Shown here piece after piece: positions 40,980-52,879 of a stretch of 64,000 bases of DNA (the stretch's first letter is position 1; each line of letters opens with the position of its first letter). The position numbers were made by a program, and so were the translations under genes. This DNA is from Dehalococcoidia bacterium. Lineage in GTDB: Bacteria > Chloroflexota > Dehalococcoidia > DSTF01 > WHTK01. The notes beneath the pieces were generated by a model, which saw only the letters and a program-made list of their open reading frames with translations, did no database searches and was not told the DNA's origin. The stretch spans positions 314,066-378,065 of the forward strand of contig CBDDBP010000006.1 of assembly GCA_965225815.1 (NCBI GenBank). Reading direction: 5' to 3'.

Positions 40980-41711
40980 ATGAGACCCGTCCTCGTTCTC
41001 TCGCTCATAGCCTTGGCGGCCTTCGCTTCGGGAGTGGGTTACTTCATGCGGACTGCAATCGAGTCAGGCGACTCCATGGCGCCTGTCGCCCAACCTGCAG
41101 AAACACCAGTACCCACTATTCAACCTGCCAACTCGGCACTCCAGATCAGAATGGTGACGCTTCGCGAAAGCAGTCCGGAGTACTCGATCGACGTGGTTTA
41201 TCCTCAGCTGGGACTATCCTTCGACTCGGAGATTAGGGATCTCTTTGACGAAAGTAGCGCTCAGATCAGGAATCTGGCACGGGACTATCCGCCGGATTCC
41301 GTGAGTCCAGGGCCATACACCCTGGCCAGCACGTTGCACTCCGTCTACGTCGATCCTGATGTCGTCAGCATCCGACTATCTATTTACAGTTATACCGGTG
41401 GAGCCCACGGAGGCTCGGCCACCTTCGGATTCAATCTGAATCGTGATAGCGGTACAGAACTCACCATTGATGAGGCCCTTTCGCTGATCGGGTTGTCTAT
41501 TTCAGAAGTCGCAGACCAAGCACTAAGGCAGTTGAAAGCGGAACTCGACTTCGCAGTATTCCAGGATGGGGTGTCTGCGCACCCAGGGAACTTCCAGACA
41601 TTTGTGGTCAACGCTGACGAAGTCATCTTCATCTTCCAAGAGTATCAGGTGGCTCCCTACGCAGCTGGACCACAGGAGGTCTCGTTTCCCAGAGTGCGAA
41701 GACTGCCTTAG
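40980..41711 (+). CDS. RsiV/DUF3298-family secreted protein
   Basis: YSYTGGAHG; F..YQVAPYAAGP motifs. Confidence 0.85.
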   Translation: MRPVLVLSLIALAAFASGVGYFMRTAIESGDSMAPVAQPAETPVPTIQPANSALQIRMVTLRESSPEYSIDVVYPQLGLSFDSEIRDLFDESSAQIRNLARDYPPDSVSPGPYTLASTLHSVYVDPDVVSIRLSIYSYTGGAHGGSATFGFNLNRDSGTELTIDEALSLIGLSISEVADQALRQLKAELDFAVFQDGVSAHPGNFQTFVVNADEVIFIFQEYQVAPYAAGPQEVSFPRVRRLP

Positions 41712-41723
41712 AAGCTGGCTCCA

Positions 41724-41751
41724 CGTTGCACTATGAGGACATCGTGTCACC
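41724..41751 (+). other. 28-bp palindromic site S4
   Basis: CGTTGCACTAT-GAGGAC-ATCGTGTCACC, 13 nt after a stop codon, followed by TTGACA. Confidence 0.7.
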
Positions 41752-41804
41752 CGTTTGACAGCACTCTCTGCTTGCTGTGTCTGCATTCAGGGCGTATCGT
41801 GAGC

Positions 41805-41895
41805 TTGTCGTTCGGGGTGGTCCCGGCAATTTCGGGGCCTGAGAGCACACCCGCGGACCTGATCCGGGTAATGCCGGCGTAGGGAAGGCGATGAC
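41805..41895 (+). ncRNA. TPP riboswitch
   Basis: GGGGTG...CTGAGA...ACCC...ACCTGATCCGGGTAATGCCGGCGTAGGGA upstream of thi genes. Confidence 0.95.
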
Positions 41896-41981
41896 ATTCG
41901 CAGCCCAGCTGTTTCCAGCAACGTCACCGTCTGATTAGGTTTCCGTGACTTGGCCTACCGACCCGGCGGCGGAGGGAACTT

Positions 41982-42641
41982 CTGGTACACGCCAAACTCG
42001 GGCGGCTCCACGTAATTACCGACGAGGTCTTGCAGACCCGCTACTCCCACGCGGAGATCGCGACATTTGCCGTTCGCGGAGGCGCCGACACCGTGCAGTT
42101 CCGAGAGAAGCGAACGCGTCTGACGCGCGAGCTGATCGACGACGCCGGAGCCGTCGCACGAACGTGTCATGCGACCGGCGCCTCCTGCATCATCGATGAC
42201 CGCGTCGACGTGGCTGCGGCCGTGGGTGCCAGCGGTGTGCACTTGGGTCGGGACGATTTGCCGGTGAAGGTTGCACGCCAATTCTTGGGCGCCGGCATCC
42301 TGATCGGCGGCACGGCAAACAGTATCGAAGAGGCACGCCGCGTCTGGCAGCAGCCCATTGACTACCTGGGCGTGGGACCCGTTTACGGCACGCAGTCCAA
42401 GGCGAACCCGGCGCCCGTGCTTGGGATCGAGCAGCTTGAGGGGATAGCCAGGGAATGCCCCGTGCCCGTGATCGCGATTGGCAGCATCACGGCCGACCGT
42501 GTCGGTGAGGTGCTGGACACAGGCGCATTCGGGATGGCTGTCCTGTCCGCGATCACCTGCGCCGGCGACCCCGAGGCCGCGACCCGCGGCTTCGCCGATG
42601 TGATCAGGGGCTGGCTCGCGGCCCGAGAGGTCGGCAGATAG
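41982..42641 (+). CDS. thiE: thiamine-phosphate synthase (possible CTG start)
   Basis: GRLHVITD, QFREK, IIDDRVD, GVHLG.DD, DYLGVGPVY.T.SK. Confidence 0.9.
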   Translation: MVHAKLGRLHVITDEVLQTRYSHAEIATFAVRGGADTVQFREKRTRLTRELIDDAGAVARTCHATGASCIIDDRVDVAAAVGASGVHLGRDDLPVKVARQFLGAGILIGGTANSIEEARRVWQQPIDYLGVGPVYGTQSKANPAPVLGIEQLEGIARECPVPVIAIGSITADRVGEVLDTGAFGMAVLSAITCAGDPEAATRGFADVIRGWLAAREVGR

Positions 42642-43771
42642 TGAAGCGGAAGCTGGCAGCAGACGTCGCTGTGATCGGTGGAGGCATCATCGGGCTCGCC
42701 TGCGCCAACGAGCTCGTCACACGAGGCAAGCGTGTCGTCGTCCTGGAGCGCGACCATGCTGGCGCTGGCGCCGGTCATGTGGCTGCGGGGATGCTCGCGC
42801 CGGCGAGCGAATCGGAGGCGGAGAACGAGGCGTTCGTCGAGCTGGCGCTCGCGAGCTGCGCCATGTACGAGGAATGGGTTGCCGATGTAGAAACCGCGTC
42901 CGGCTTGAGCTGCGGCTATCGCAAAGAGGGGACTCTGCTCCTGGCGTTGCATCATGACCATGAAGAAGAGCTGCAGCGACTGATGAGCATCCAACGCAGG
43001 CTGAATCTGGCGTCAGAGACCGTGACCCGGGCAGAGGTGCTCGAAAAGGAGCCCTTCGTTTCGCCGAGGGTGGTGAGCGGCCTCTCGGTGACGAATGACA
43101 GGCAGGTCGACCCGAGGCGGCTAACGCGGGCGCTGAGCGCGGCCTTGTCTGCCAGAGGCGGAACGATGGTTCAAGGGCAGGCAGCGGAGCCGGTAATCGA
43201 CGGCGGTCACGCGGCTGGCCTCAGGACAGAAAGCCTGGAGATCAACGCCGAGGTCGTGCTGATCGCGGGTGGTGTTTGGAGCGCCGCGGCTTGGCCGGAG
43301 GCCGCAGGGCCACTGCCACTCAGGCCGGTCAAGGGACAGATCATACGCTTGCGGGGCGCTCCTCTGATCCGGCATGTCGTTCGGACACCTGACGTCTACC
43401 TGATCCCGCGCGAGGACGGCGAGCTGGTGGTCGGTGCGACAAGCGAGGAGCAAGGCTTCGACACAACCGTGACAACCTGGGCCGTCATGGACCTGCTGCG
43501 TGAAGCTTGGCGCGTCCTGCCGGGCATCGCGGAGCTGGAAGTGGCGGAGCTGTCCGCCGGCCTACGGCCTGCGCTGCGCGACCACATGCCGGCGATCGGC
43601 GCAACCTCGCTCGAAGGGCTGTTCCTTGCGACGGGCCACTACCGTCACGGCATCATGCTTGCGCCGATAACGGCGAAACTCATCGCAGATGCGATCGACG
43701 GTGTGAGCTCGGAGATGTTGCGCGCCTTCGACCCGAAGCGGCTCGCCGAAGCCAGCGTGGGCCACGGCTGA
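42641..43771 (+). CDS. thiO: glycine oxidase
   Basis: GGGIIG, AAGMLAP, PVKGQ, GHYRHGIMLAP. Confidence 0.93.
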   Translation: MKRKLAADVAVIGGGIIGLACANELVTRGKRVVVLERDHAGAGAGHVAAGMLAPASESEAENEAFVELALASCAMYEEWVADVETASGLSCGYRKEGTLLLALHHDHEEELQRLMSIQRRLNLASETVTRAEVLEKEPFVSPRVVSGLSVTNDRQVDPRRLTRALSAALSARGGTMVQGQAAEPVIDGGHAAGLRTESLEINAEVVLIAGGVWSAAAWPEAAGPLPLRPVKGQIIRLRGAPLIRHVVRTPDVYLIPREDGELVVGATSEEQGFDTTVTTWAVMDLLREAWRVLPGIAELEVAELSAGLRPALRDHMPAIGATSLEGLFLATGHYRHGIMLAPITAKLIADAIDGVSSEMLRAFDPKRLAEASVGHG

Positions 43772-43974
43772 TGCACGCGACGGTGAACGGAGAGGAAATC
43801 GTGCTGCAGGGCCCGAGGACCATCGAGGCGCTGGTCGCGGAGATTACGGGTTCCTCGGAGAAGCGCGGTGTCGCGGTGGCGCTAAACGGTGAAATCTTAC
43901 GTCGCGACGACTGGTCTCAGGTCGTGGCTGAGGGGGACGAGATCGAGATCGTGAAAGCGGTCCAGGGAGGCTGA
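43771..43974 (+). CDS. thiS: sulfur carrier protein
   Basis: VNGE...VAVALNGE...EIVKAVQGG with C-terminal GG. Confidence 0.93.
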   Translation: MHATVNGEEIVLQGPRTIEALVAEITGSSEKRGVAVALNGEILRRDDWSQVVAEGDEIEIVKAVQGG

Positions 43975-45400
<1,426 letters not shown>

Positions 45401-45401
<1 letters not shown>

Positions 45402-46222
45402 TGGCCACCTACACGCGTGCCCTGACGATCGCGGGTTCAGACTCGGGAGGCGGCGCGGGCATCCAGGCCGACCTCAAGACGTTCTCAGCACTGGGCTGCT
45501 ATGGCATGTCGGTGATCACAGCGATTACGGCACAGAACACGCGTGAGGTCACGGCGGTGCACGCGGTTCCCGTGGACGTTGTTACCGCTCAACTCGACGC
45601 TGTACTCTCTGACATCGGCGCGGACGCCATCAAGATCGGTATGCTGTACAACGCCGAGACGACGGCCGCCGTGGCGGAGGTCCTGGGTCAGCGGCGGGTC
45701 GCCCCCATCGTCCTGGACCCGGTGATGGTGGCGAAGAGTGGCGATAGTCTGCTCACCGAACCGGCGATCCAAAGCCTGCGGACGCGGATGTTCCCTCTCG
45801 CCGACCTGATTACGCCGAACCTGCCCGAAGCGGAGGCGCTGCTCGAGCGGAGGGTTAGTGACCGTGATGACATGGAGGAGGCGGCGGCTGACCTGCTGGC
45901 AATGGGGCCGACGGCCGTACTGCTGAAGGGAGGACATCTCGAGAGCGAGGTGGTCAGCGACATCCTGGTGCAACGCCGTCACGACGGCAGTGTCGAGAGC
46001 CGCTGGCTTGAGAGTCGGCGGGTTGAAACGCAGAACACCCACGGCACGGGCTGTACGCTCTCATCAGCGATCGCGGCTCACCTGGCGCGTGGCGCCTCGA
46101 TGGAGAATGCGGTAGCGGCGGCCCGACAGTACGTCCAGGACGCAATCGAAGCGGGGGCTGAATACGAACTGGGGCATGGGCACGGGCCGGTGCATCATTT
46201 CCATGCCGCCTGGCGAGAGTAG
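45401..46222 (+). CDS. thiD: HMP/HMP-P kinase
   Basis: TIAGSDSGGGAGIQADLK, DPVM, TPN..EA, HGTGCT. Confidence 0.97.
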
Positions 46223-46225
46223 ACG

Positions 46226-46900
46226 ATGAGATTCACAGACGAACTGTGGCAGAGCACCCTTCCCGTCTACGAGGAGATCTTGCGCCTGCCGTTCATCGAT
46301 GAGCTGACTGATGGCTCGTTATCGCGGGAGCGGTTCGTCTTCTATATGAAGCAGGACGCCTTGTACCTGCAGGACTTCGCGCGCTCGCTCGCCATTACCG
46401 GCTCGCGCCTGCCCGAGCCGGAAGCCGCGCAATCGTTCATGGGCTTCGCGCACGGGGTCTTTGCCGTCGAGCGCCAACTTCACGAGACCTACTTCCGTGA
46501 CTTCGGCGTAGAGCTGGACACAGATAGGGCGCCAGCCTGCTTTGCGTACACGCAGTTTCTCCTGGCGACGGCGACCACCGCGACCCACCAAGAAGCCGCT
46601 GCGGCACTGCTGCCGTGTTTCTGGGTATACCGGGAGGTGGGCAACGAGATCGTCCACCGCGCGCAGGAAAACGTAGCGTCCAACCCGTACTCGCGCTGGA
46701 TCGAGACGTACTCCGGCGAGGGGTATGACGAGAGCGTGACGCGCGCCATCGAGATCGTCGAAGCGCAGGGGCAGTCGACCTCTAAGTCGGGACGCAAAGC
46801 TATGCAGCGAGCATTCCAGAAGTCAACGCGGCTGGAGTGGATGTTCTGGGACAGCGCCTACCGCCTGGAACAGTGGCCACCCGGACCAGGTCAGAGTTAG
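46226..46900 (+). CDS. tenA: thiaminase II / aminopyrimidine aminohydrolase
   Basis: QDALYL, LLPCFWVY, Y..WI.TY, LEWMFW. Confidence 0.92.
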   Translation: MRFTDELWQSTLPVYEEILRLPFIDELTDGSLSRERFVFYMKQDALYLQDFARSLAITGSRLPEPEAAQSFMGFAHGVFAVERQLHETYFRDFGVELDTDRAPACFAYTQFLLATATTATHQEAAAALLPCFWVYREVGNEIVHRAQENVASNPYSRWIETYSGEGYDESVTRAIEIVEAQGQSTSKSGRKAMQRAFQKSTRLEWMFWDSAYRLEQWPPGPGQS

Positions 46901-46904
46901 GCCA

Positions 46905-46932
46905 GGCCCCACGATCAGGCAATAGTGCTATG
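46905..46932 (-). other. 28-bp palindromic site S5 (inverted)
   Basis: GGCCCCACGAT-CAGGCA-ATAGTGCTATG, 5 nt after the tenA stop. Confidence 0.65.
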
Positions 46933-47077
46933 GCCTGCTTTGGAGCCAAATAGATTCAGATTGCGTTGCCGCGAGCTCCAGGAAGCCCACAGCTTCGATT
47001 TCCACGAGGCAGTCGGGGCGCCCACCAACCGCATCAACTTGCACCAACGTCGAAACGGACGGCCGGGTCTACGACTT

Positions 47078-47105
47078 GATCACACTATGCCGGCATCGTG
47101 CCAGG
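47078..47105 (+). other. 28-bp palindromic site S6
   Basis: GATCACACTAT-GCCGGC-ATCGTGCCAGG. Confidence 0.7.
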
Positions 47106-47186
47106 TTGCGGACGCCCTGGGCCGTTCCCTCGAAGAACGTGAACACCTCCCTCCAGTAAGCTGAGCAGGTTACTCTCGGAGGGGAA

Positions 47187-47816
47187 ATGGCGATTACCGG
47201 ACTCGACCACATCATCTACGCGGCGCCGGACCTGCAGCGCGCGATGGAATATATCAGGGCTCTTACAGGCATCGAGCCCATACGTGGTGGAGCACATCCC
47301 GGTCGTGGCACCCAAAACGCCCTGGTGTATCTGGGTTCGGATACCTATATCGAAATTCTGGCCCCAGATCCGACTCAATCTGCGGAAGCTCTGGCGCTTG
47401 CCGCCGACCGGATTCCAGCGACAGGTCGAATCATTAACTGGGCGGCCAAGTGCGACGATCTCGAGGAGGCCTTAGATACGGCTGCCCAAAGCGATCTGGA
47501 CCTGGGACGCATCGAGCCCATGTCGAGGACGCTCCCCTCAGGAGGTCAACTTGCTTGGCGGCTGACGCGCGGAGATCCACCCGGCGACGGCCTGGTCCCG
47601 TTTCTCATCGATTGGAGCGAGTCGCCACACCCAGCACCCAGCGCTCCTTCAGGCTGCGCCCTTCATTTCTTCCGAGCTGAGCACCCCGATCCTGGCCCCA
47701 TCAGAGATTACCTGGGCCTGCTCGGCCTTCGGGATGAGCTGGAAGTTTCGCAAGGTCCGGTGCCCCGCATACTCGCAGGCCTTGTGACGCCAAACGGTCC
47801 TGTTGTACTCAGCTAG
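47187..47816 (+). CDS. VOC/glyoxalase-like (Glyoxalase_3) protein
   Basis: LDH, GG.HPG.GT.NAL, YIEI, PFLIDW. Confidence 0.88.
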   Translation: MAITGLDHIIYAAPDLQRAMEYIRALTGIEPIRGGAHPGRGTQNALVYLGSDTYIEILAPDPTQSAEALALAADRIPATGRIINWAAKCDDLEEALDTAAQSDLDLGRIEPMSRTLPSGGQLAWRLTRGDPPGDGLVPFLIDWSESPHPAPSAPSGCALHFFRAEHPDPGPIRDYLGLLGLRDELEVSQGPVPRILAGLVTPNGPVVLS

Positions 47817-48239
47817 GCAGCTGGTCGGAAAGCACCACATCGTCAGCCGAATCTACGAGCAATGGCCCGAAACCGCTCTCGCAACCAATGCCATCGTTGT
47901 CGCTGCCGTCGAAGCGTTGTAGGTCCGGCAAAACCGTAAAGCGTCGAAAAGCGATATCCCCACAGTCAATGTCGGGAGGCGGCGACTGAATGCAGACCGT
48001 CGGATAGGCCCGGTCGCAATCGCCCAGCGACGACAGCTAGCAATTTGGCCACTACTTTGCCGTCAACCCAGTTCTTTGAGCGAAGCGTCTTCAGACTGGC
48101 GTTCACGTCAGCAAGTCGCAGCGACAGCGAGCAGTTGAAGGGCTCCCTATTGGTCCGATTCCATTTGGGTACCTCTCGATAGACCCTCGACGGGCACCGG
48201 AGCTGATAGCGACTGAGGCAGAGGCGCTGCAAGAAGTCC

Positions 48240-48640
48240 GGAACTTCGCAACAGACTGAGGAAGTTGGGCGTGGCCTACGTTGAAACCGGCATGTCAGAT
48301 GCCCGGTACAGACATCGAAAGGCAGAGTTAGAAGATCAGATCAAGGCAGCCAGTGCGGTCGTGCCGCCTTCTTATGAAGAGGCAGCGGCTCTACTCTTGG
48401 ATTTGGAAGCACTCTGGAAAGAGGCTACGCCGGAAGAACGTCGAAAGCTCATCAGCCCGCTGATCGAACGCGTCTACGTGGACATGGAGCTAAAGCTTGT
48501 GGGGGCGATCACGCCAACGCCGGCATTCAGGGCTCTACTGCGGTGTGCGGTACAAAGAGCGGCTCCAACATCATCCTGGTCTCTCAAGAGGACATGCAAA
48601 GGCCGGTGGTTTCTTGGTGGAGACGGGGGAGAATCGAACT
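48240..48640 (+). pseudogene. large serine recombinase C-terminal fragment ending in att-like scar 2 (48611-48640)
   Basis: LW..ATPEERR.L...LIERVYVD; ends in WWRRGRIEL after a frameshift; tmRNA-like 3' end on the minus strand. Confidence 0.75.
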
Positions 48641-49368
48641 CGGCGGTAGAACTTCCACAGACGTCCGCAGATGACCTTCATCGAGTGCCGTAGATTCAAT
48701 ATGTTCACTCATCAGTCCGCTAACGGTTGCAGAAGGTCACCAAAATCCGCCGGTGCTGTTGTCGGAACTGTTGTCAATTCAGGGATCGATAGTCTCTGAG
48801 AAGCGAAGAACTTAGGTGCAATTGGAGCGATTCTAACCATGCCACGGAGGCAGCGTGCGGGCCGGCCCTGCATCTGGCGCTGGCAAGTGAAGTCAGAAGT
48901 GTAGGAGAAGGGTGGGAAGGAGACTGCGGTGAGACTCTTGGGCCAGCCAAGTGAGCATGACTCTCGACCTCTACAGCCATGTCACGCCGATTATGCAGAG
49001 GGCCGCGGCCGACGCGATGGAGGAAGTCCTGACCTCAGGCTGACCCGAAACTCCGAATCCTCATCTTGGGACCGACGGATTAAAAGTAGGACGGTGGTGA
49101 GAGGCCCCAGAAGGCCCCGTCTTGAATCTGAGTTACTCCCGTTTCGAGCATCTTTCTCGGCGAGTTCGTTGGTCTGCCAGCCGATTAACTCTCTGGTAAT
49201 TCCTTGGAATTCGCAAGAATTCGGATTAACTGGAATTAATTCAAAGACACGCAATTTTCTCACTGGATCCGGTGGGGCGGGTCTTCGACAGAGCCAAAGC
49301 GAGTCGAACGACAAGCGATTCAAACGGCGAGCCTTTACGGGTGATTCGTCACGACGCTGTGACAGAGA

Positions 49369-49437
49369 CACTGGAACAGAGCGCAGCCCACTGGAACAGA
49401 GCGCAGCCCCGTTGTCAGTTGCGACAACGGGGCTGCG
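49369..49437. terminator. 15-bp-stem hairpin preceded by a 20-bp tandem duplication
   Basis: CACTGGAACAGAGCGCAGCC twice; CGCAGCCCCGTTGTC-AGTTGC-GACAACGGGGCTGCG just past the amidohydrolase stop. Confidence 0.65.
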
Positions 49438-49443
49438 TCCTTC

Positions 49444-50466
49444 TCAGACCTGTGCGAGCTGAGGAATGACTTTTGCAGGGTTGTGATGGAAGATCTTGAT
49501 CTTCTCTTCTTCACTGAGCCAATCAAACGCGGCGATAACAGGAACAAGATCATCTCCTGGAACACCGTTTTCTGGGCGTGGGTGTCGACTAGATCCTGGA
49601 GCCTCGACACCAAAGCACATCTGGTCGACTCCTTTTTGTCGAATCGCTGCAGTGAGGTAGTTCACCTCAGGTGCATTGGTATCGAAGAAGAGGTTCTTCG
49701 TCGTATCCCGAGACGGTAGGTGTGGATCACCCTGGACAAAGCGGTCGAGTGCTCCACCGCAGTGACAGATGATGAACTTGATATTTGGAAAGCGATCGAA
49801 GACGTCTCCGTGACCGAGCAGCTGCGTAGCGAAAAACTGCTCGACGTAAAATGCCATCTGGTAGTTCTGAGGAATAATTCTCAGCCGACGGTCCAAGACG
49901 TTCGATGCATGGACGATGATCGGGATGTTGCGTCCTTCGCACTCTTCATAGAGCGGATACCAGTAGTCTTCGTGCATTCCTGGCGTTTCACGCTTGCCAC
50001 CTGGGTCGGGGTTGACATAGGTCGCGACGAAGCCGTACTCGTCAATGCATCGACGAAGTTCAGGCAGCACGTTTGAGGTGTCTTTGTACTCTGAGACGAA
50101 TGGTAGCTGCGATGCGCCAAGGAATCGATCAGGGTAGTAGGTGCACTGCTGGTAGATCATCTCGTTGACCTCTCGGCACCAACTCTCCAGCAGATGATCT
50201 TGCATCCAAGCCATGTGGTTAAGTGGGCGAGGGCCAATGACTTGGACATCAATGTTGCGGTCGTCGATGTACTTCACATGGTTTGCAGCGGCCCAGCGAA
50301 AGTCCTCATCAGTGATTCGGAAATTTGCGGGCAGTCCCTTCCCTGCCTTTAATACCGTGCCAGTTCTGGCAGTGTTTGATCCAAGTAATTGCACAAGCGT
50401 TGCGTTCGCCCCAGTTGGCACGCTGACGTGTGCGTGCACGTCAAGAACTTTGATCCCGTTGTACAT
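49444..50466 (-). CDS. amidohydrolase-2 family protein (LigJ/ACMSD-like)
   Basis: DVHAH; YWYPLYE...P.IVH; CHCGG. Confidence 0.88.
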   Translation of the reverse strand: MYNGIKVLDVHAHVSVPTGANATLVQLLGSNTARTGTVLKAGKGLPANFRITDEDFRWAAANHVKYIDDRNIDVQVIGPRPLNHMAWMQDHLLESWCREVNEMIYQQCTYYPDRFLGASQLPFVSEYKDTSNVLPELRRCIDEYGFVATYVNPDPGGKRETPGMHEDYWYPLYEECEGRNIPIIVHASNVLDRRLRIIPQNYQMAFYVEQFFATQLLGHGDVFDRFPNIKFIICHCGGALDRFVQGDPHLPSRDTTKNLFFDTNAPEVNYLTAAIRQKGVDQMCFGVEAPGSSRHPRPENGVPGDDLVPVIAAFDWLSEEEKIKIFHHNPAKVIPQLAQV

Positions 50467-50519
50467 ACAGCCCCCTTAGTGGTGATTCCTATCCCCGACA
50501 TTCCCCATATCAACTGGCT

Positions 50520-50688
50520 TGGCGGCATCGGGTATGCCTCCCGCCACCTGAAAAGTACGTCCTCCCTGGCAAACGGTCAAGACGCCGAAGAACTGATCGC
50601 GCTGGCGGATTCGATCTTCGACTACCTGTACGTCATCCCCGCCGAAGTTGCCCGCAGAAGGGCGCGGCAGGCCGGTAGCACCCCGTAG
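50520..50688 (+). pseudogene. DUF4145-like C-terminal fragment
   Basis: DAEELIALADSIFDYLYVIPA pattern. Confidence 0.4.
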
Positions 50689-50780
50689 CTTCTTGTCGTT
50701 GCTTCTCGACGCACCTGGTCGATTGCTGCCGCTCCTAGACTTGGTTGACAGGTTACGGAAACATCGGCTCTACTCTATCG

Positions 50781-51497
50781 ATGGCCGTAAAAAGCGACAT
50801 TGAATGGACGGATGCGAGCTGGAACCCAGCAACCGGGTGCACACAGCTATCACCAGGCTGCGACAACTGCTACGCCAAGACCTTTGCTGAACGCTTCCGG
50901 GGCGTACCCGGACACCCGTACCAGCAGGGCTTTGACCTCAAGCTTTGGCCTAGCCGCTTAGACCTTCCGCTGCGTTGGAAGAAGCCGTCTAAAGTCTTCG
51001 TCAATTCCATGTCCGACCTGTTCCACGAAGACATTCCAGATGACTTCATCAGTCAGGTCTTCGACGTGATGGCCCAAGCTGACTGGCACATCTTCCAAGT
51101 GCTCACGAAGCGCCCCCGCCGCATGGCACAGATGGCCGGGCGTCTACCGTGGCCCGATCACATTTGGGCTGGAACGTCGGTGGAGCTAGACCGGTACGGC
51201 TGGCGAGCTAACAGTTGCCTTCGTGACGTTCCCGCTGCCGTCCGCTTTGTCAGCGCAGAACCGCTCCTAGGTCCGCTACCGTCCCTGCAACTCGACCAAT
51301 TGCAATGGCTGATCACTGGGGGCGAGAGCGGTCCCCATGCCCGGCCCTGTGACCCCGCGTGGATTCGCGACCTTCGCGACCGCTGTCAGGAATCGGGCGT
51401 CGCCTTCTTTCACAAGCAGTGGGGCGGGCGCACACCCAGAGCAGGCGGACGACTGCTAGACGGGCGCACATGGGATCAGTATCCGGTAACTGCGTGA
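50781..51497 (+). CDS. DUF5131 / phage Gp37-Gp68 family protein
   Basis: IEWTD.SWNP.TGC...SPGC.NCYA, FVNSMSDLFH, LTKRP, S.EPLL, GGESG, FF.KQWGG. Confidence 0.93.
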   Translation: MAVKSDIEWTDASWNPATGCTQLSPGCDNCYAKTFAERFRGVPGHPYQQGFDLKLWPSRLDLPLRWKKPSKVFVNSMSDLFHEDIPDDFISQVFDVMAQADWHIFQVLTKRPRRMAQMAGRLPWPDHIWAGTSVELDRYGWRANSCLRDVPAAVRFVSAEPLLGPLPSLQLDQLQWLITGGESGPHARPCDPAWIRDLRDRCQESGVAFFHKQWGGRTPRAGGRLLDGRTWDQYPVTA

Positions 51498-51498
51498 A

Positions 51499-52653
51499 AT
51501 GGCTAGCCTGCCGCCAAGAGAAGAACGAAACGATTTCTTTGCCTCTATCCGCGAGTGGTCACGGCGCAAGCATGAAGTCCTGTTCAAATACCTCAAGCCA
51601 TTCGCGAGAATCCTTCACAAGGTCTACGTCATTGATGGCTTTGCTGGCCGGGGCTATTACGGGGACGGTGAGGAACGAGAGGATGGCTCACCGCTAGCAG
51701 TTGCTAAGCTGGCCCAGGAGCTTGCTCCACTTGAAATCAGTTGTATCAACGTTGAGCGCGGGGCGACGGAGTTTTTCGACCTACAGGAAGCGACTCTGCC
51801 CTACGCCGACATTGTTGAGAACATTCACGGCGACTTCGGTGAAGAGGTCGACTCCATTTTGGAGAAGATCGGCAATGCGCCCGCGTTCTTCTTCGTCGAC
51901 CCGTTTGGCTTTCAGGGCCTAACCTGGAAAACCATCGCAAAGATTGGTCGGCGGAATGCCAAGACGGAGCTATTGATTACCTTCTTCGCGCCCGCTTTCA
52001 ACCGAGAAGCAGCTCTGGCAAGGAGCGACGAGGAGATCGGACGTTCGTACGAAAGACACCTCCGACTGGTAATGGGAGACGACCGGTGGAAGACTATTTG
52101 GGAAGACCCGTCCTTGAAGTACGAACAACGCGGCGCTAGGGTGACTAACCTCTACTGCCAGGCGCTCCAAGAGGATTTGGGCTTCATGGCGAACAAGTTC
52201 CCCATTCGGGAGCAGGTGGATGGGAGGCTCAAGTATTACCTAATCTTTGCCACCCGCAACCGCACAGGGCGCAAGATCATGAGCGAAGTCTTCTACGGGG
52301 TGTACACAAGGCACCTACGACTTCGCGCAAAGCGCCAGGAGCAGGAACGCCTAATCGAGACCCGGCAGTCAGTTCTGCTTGGGATGGAAGGCGTCCTAAA
52401 CCCCGAACCTGTTGAGGAAGTCGAGGCCTGGTACATCAATCTCTTGCGTGATGACGTTGAGACTCTGCTCCGAGAACGAGGCGAGCTGACTTTCCTTGAA
52501 GTCCATGACGAATTGATACCGGACTGGTTCGGCCAGCTCATCGGAAGGCACTACAAGCAGGTTTGCCAAGAACTCCGAGCGCGAGCGAAGATCGACTACG
52601 ACAGAGCCAAACGTCTGCCCAGCGATGACACCGTGATTCGCTACATCGGGTGA
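51499..52653 (+). CDS. three-Cys-motif partner protein (TcmP, methyltransferase-like fold)
   Basis: WS..KH..L..YL, IDGFAG.G, GSP, FFVDPFG, YYLIFAT. Confidence 0.85.
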   Translation: MASLPPREERNDFFASIREWSRRKHEVLFKYLKPFARILHKVYVIDGFAGRGYYGDGEEREDGSPLAVAKLAQELAPLEISCINVERGATEFFDLQEATLPYADIVENIHGDFGEEVDSILEKIGNAPAFFFVDPFGFQGLTWKTIAKIGRRNAKTELLITFFAPAFNREAALARSDEEIGRSYERHLRLVMGDDRWKTIWEDPSLKYEQRGARVTNLYCQALQEDLGFMANKFPIREQVDGRLKYYLIFATRNRTGRKIMSEVFYGVYTRHLRLRAKRQEQERLIETRQSVLLGMEGVLNPEPVEEVEAWYINLLRDDVETLLRERGELTFLEVHDELIPDWFGQLIGRHYKQVCQELRARAKIDYDRAKRLPSDDTVIRYIG

Positions 52654-52879
52654 GGATGGTTCCTAGAGGTAAACTCCGCGAAATGATTGAGTGGTGGCAA
52701 GCCTTGGCACTGTCAGCAGTCACGGCCTCGATTACGGGCCTGGTCGCCTACGTTATCGCCCGCGCCCAGCATCAATGGTCAACTGGAACTGGACGGGAAG
52801 CCGAAGAAAGGGAAGCCCGAAGAGAACACAGGCGCGCACAAGTTCAGCCTGTCTTGCCGTCGCCCTGAACCAAAGGGCC

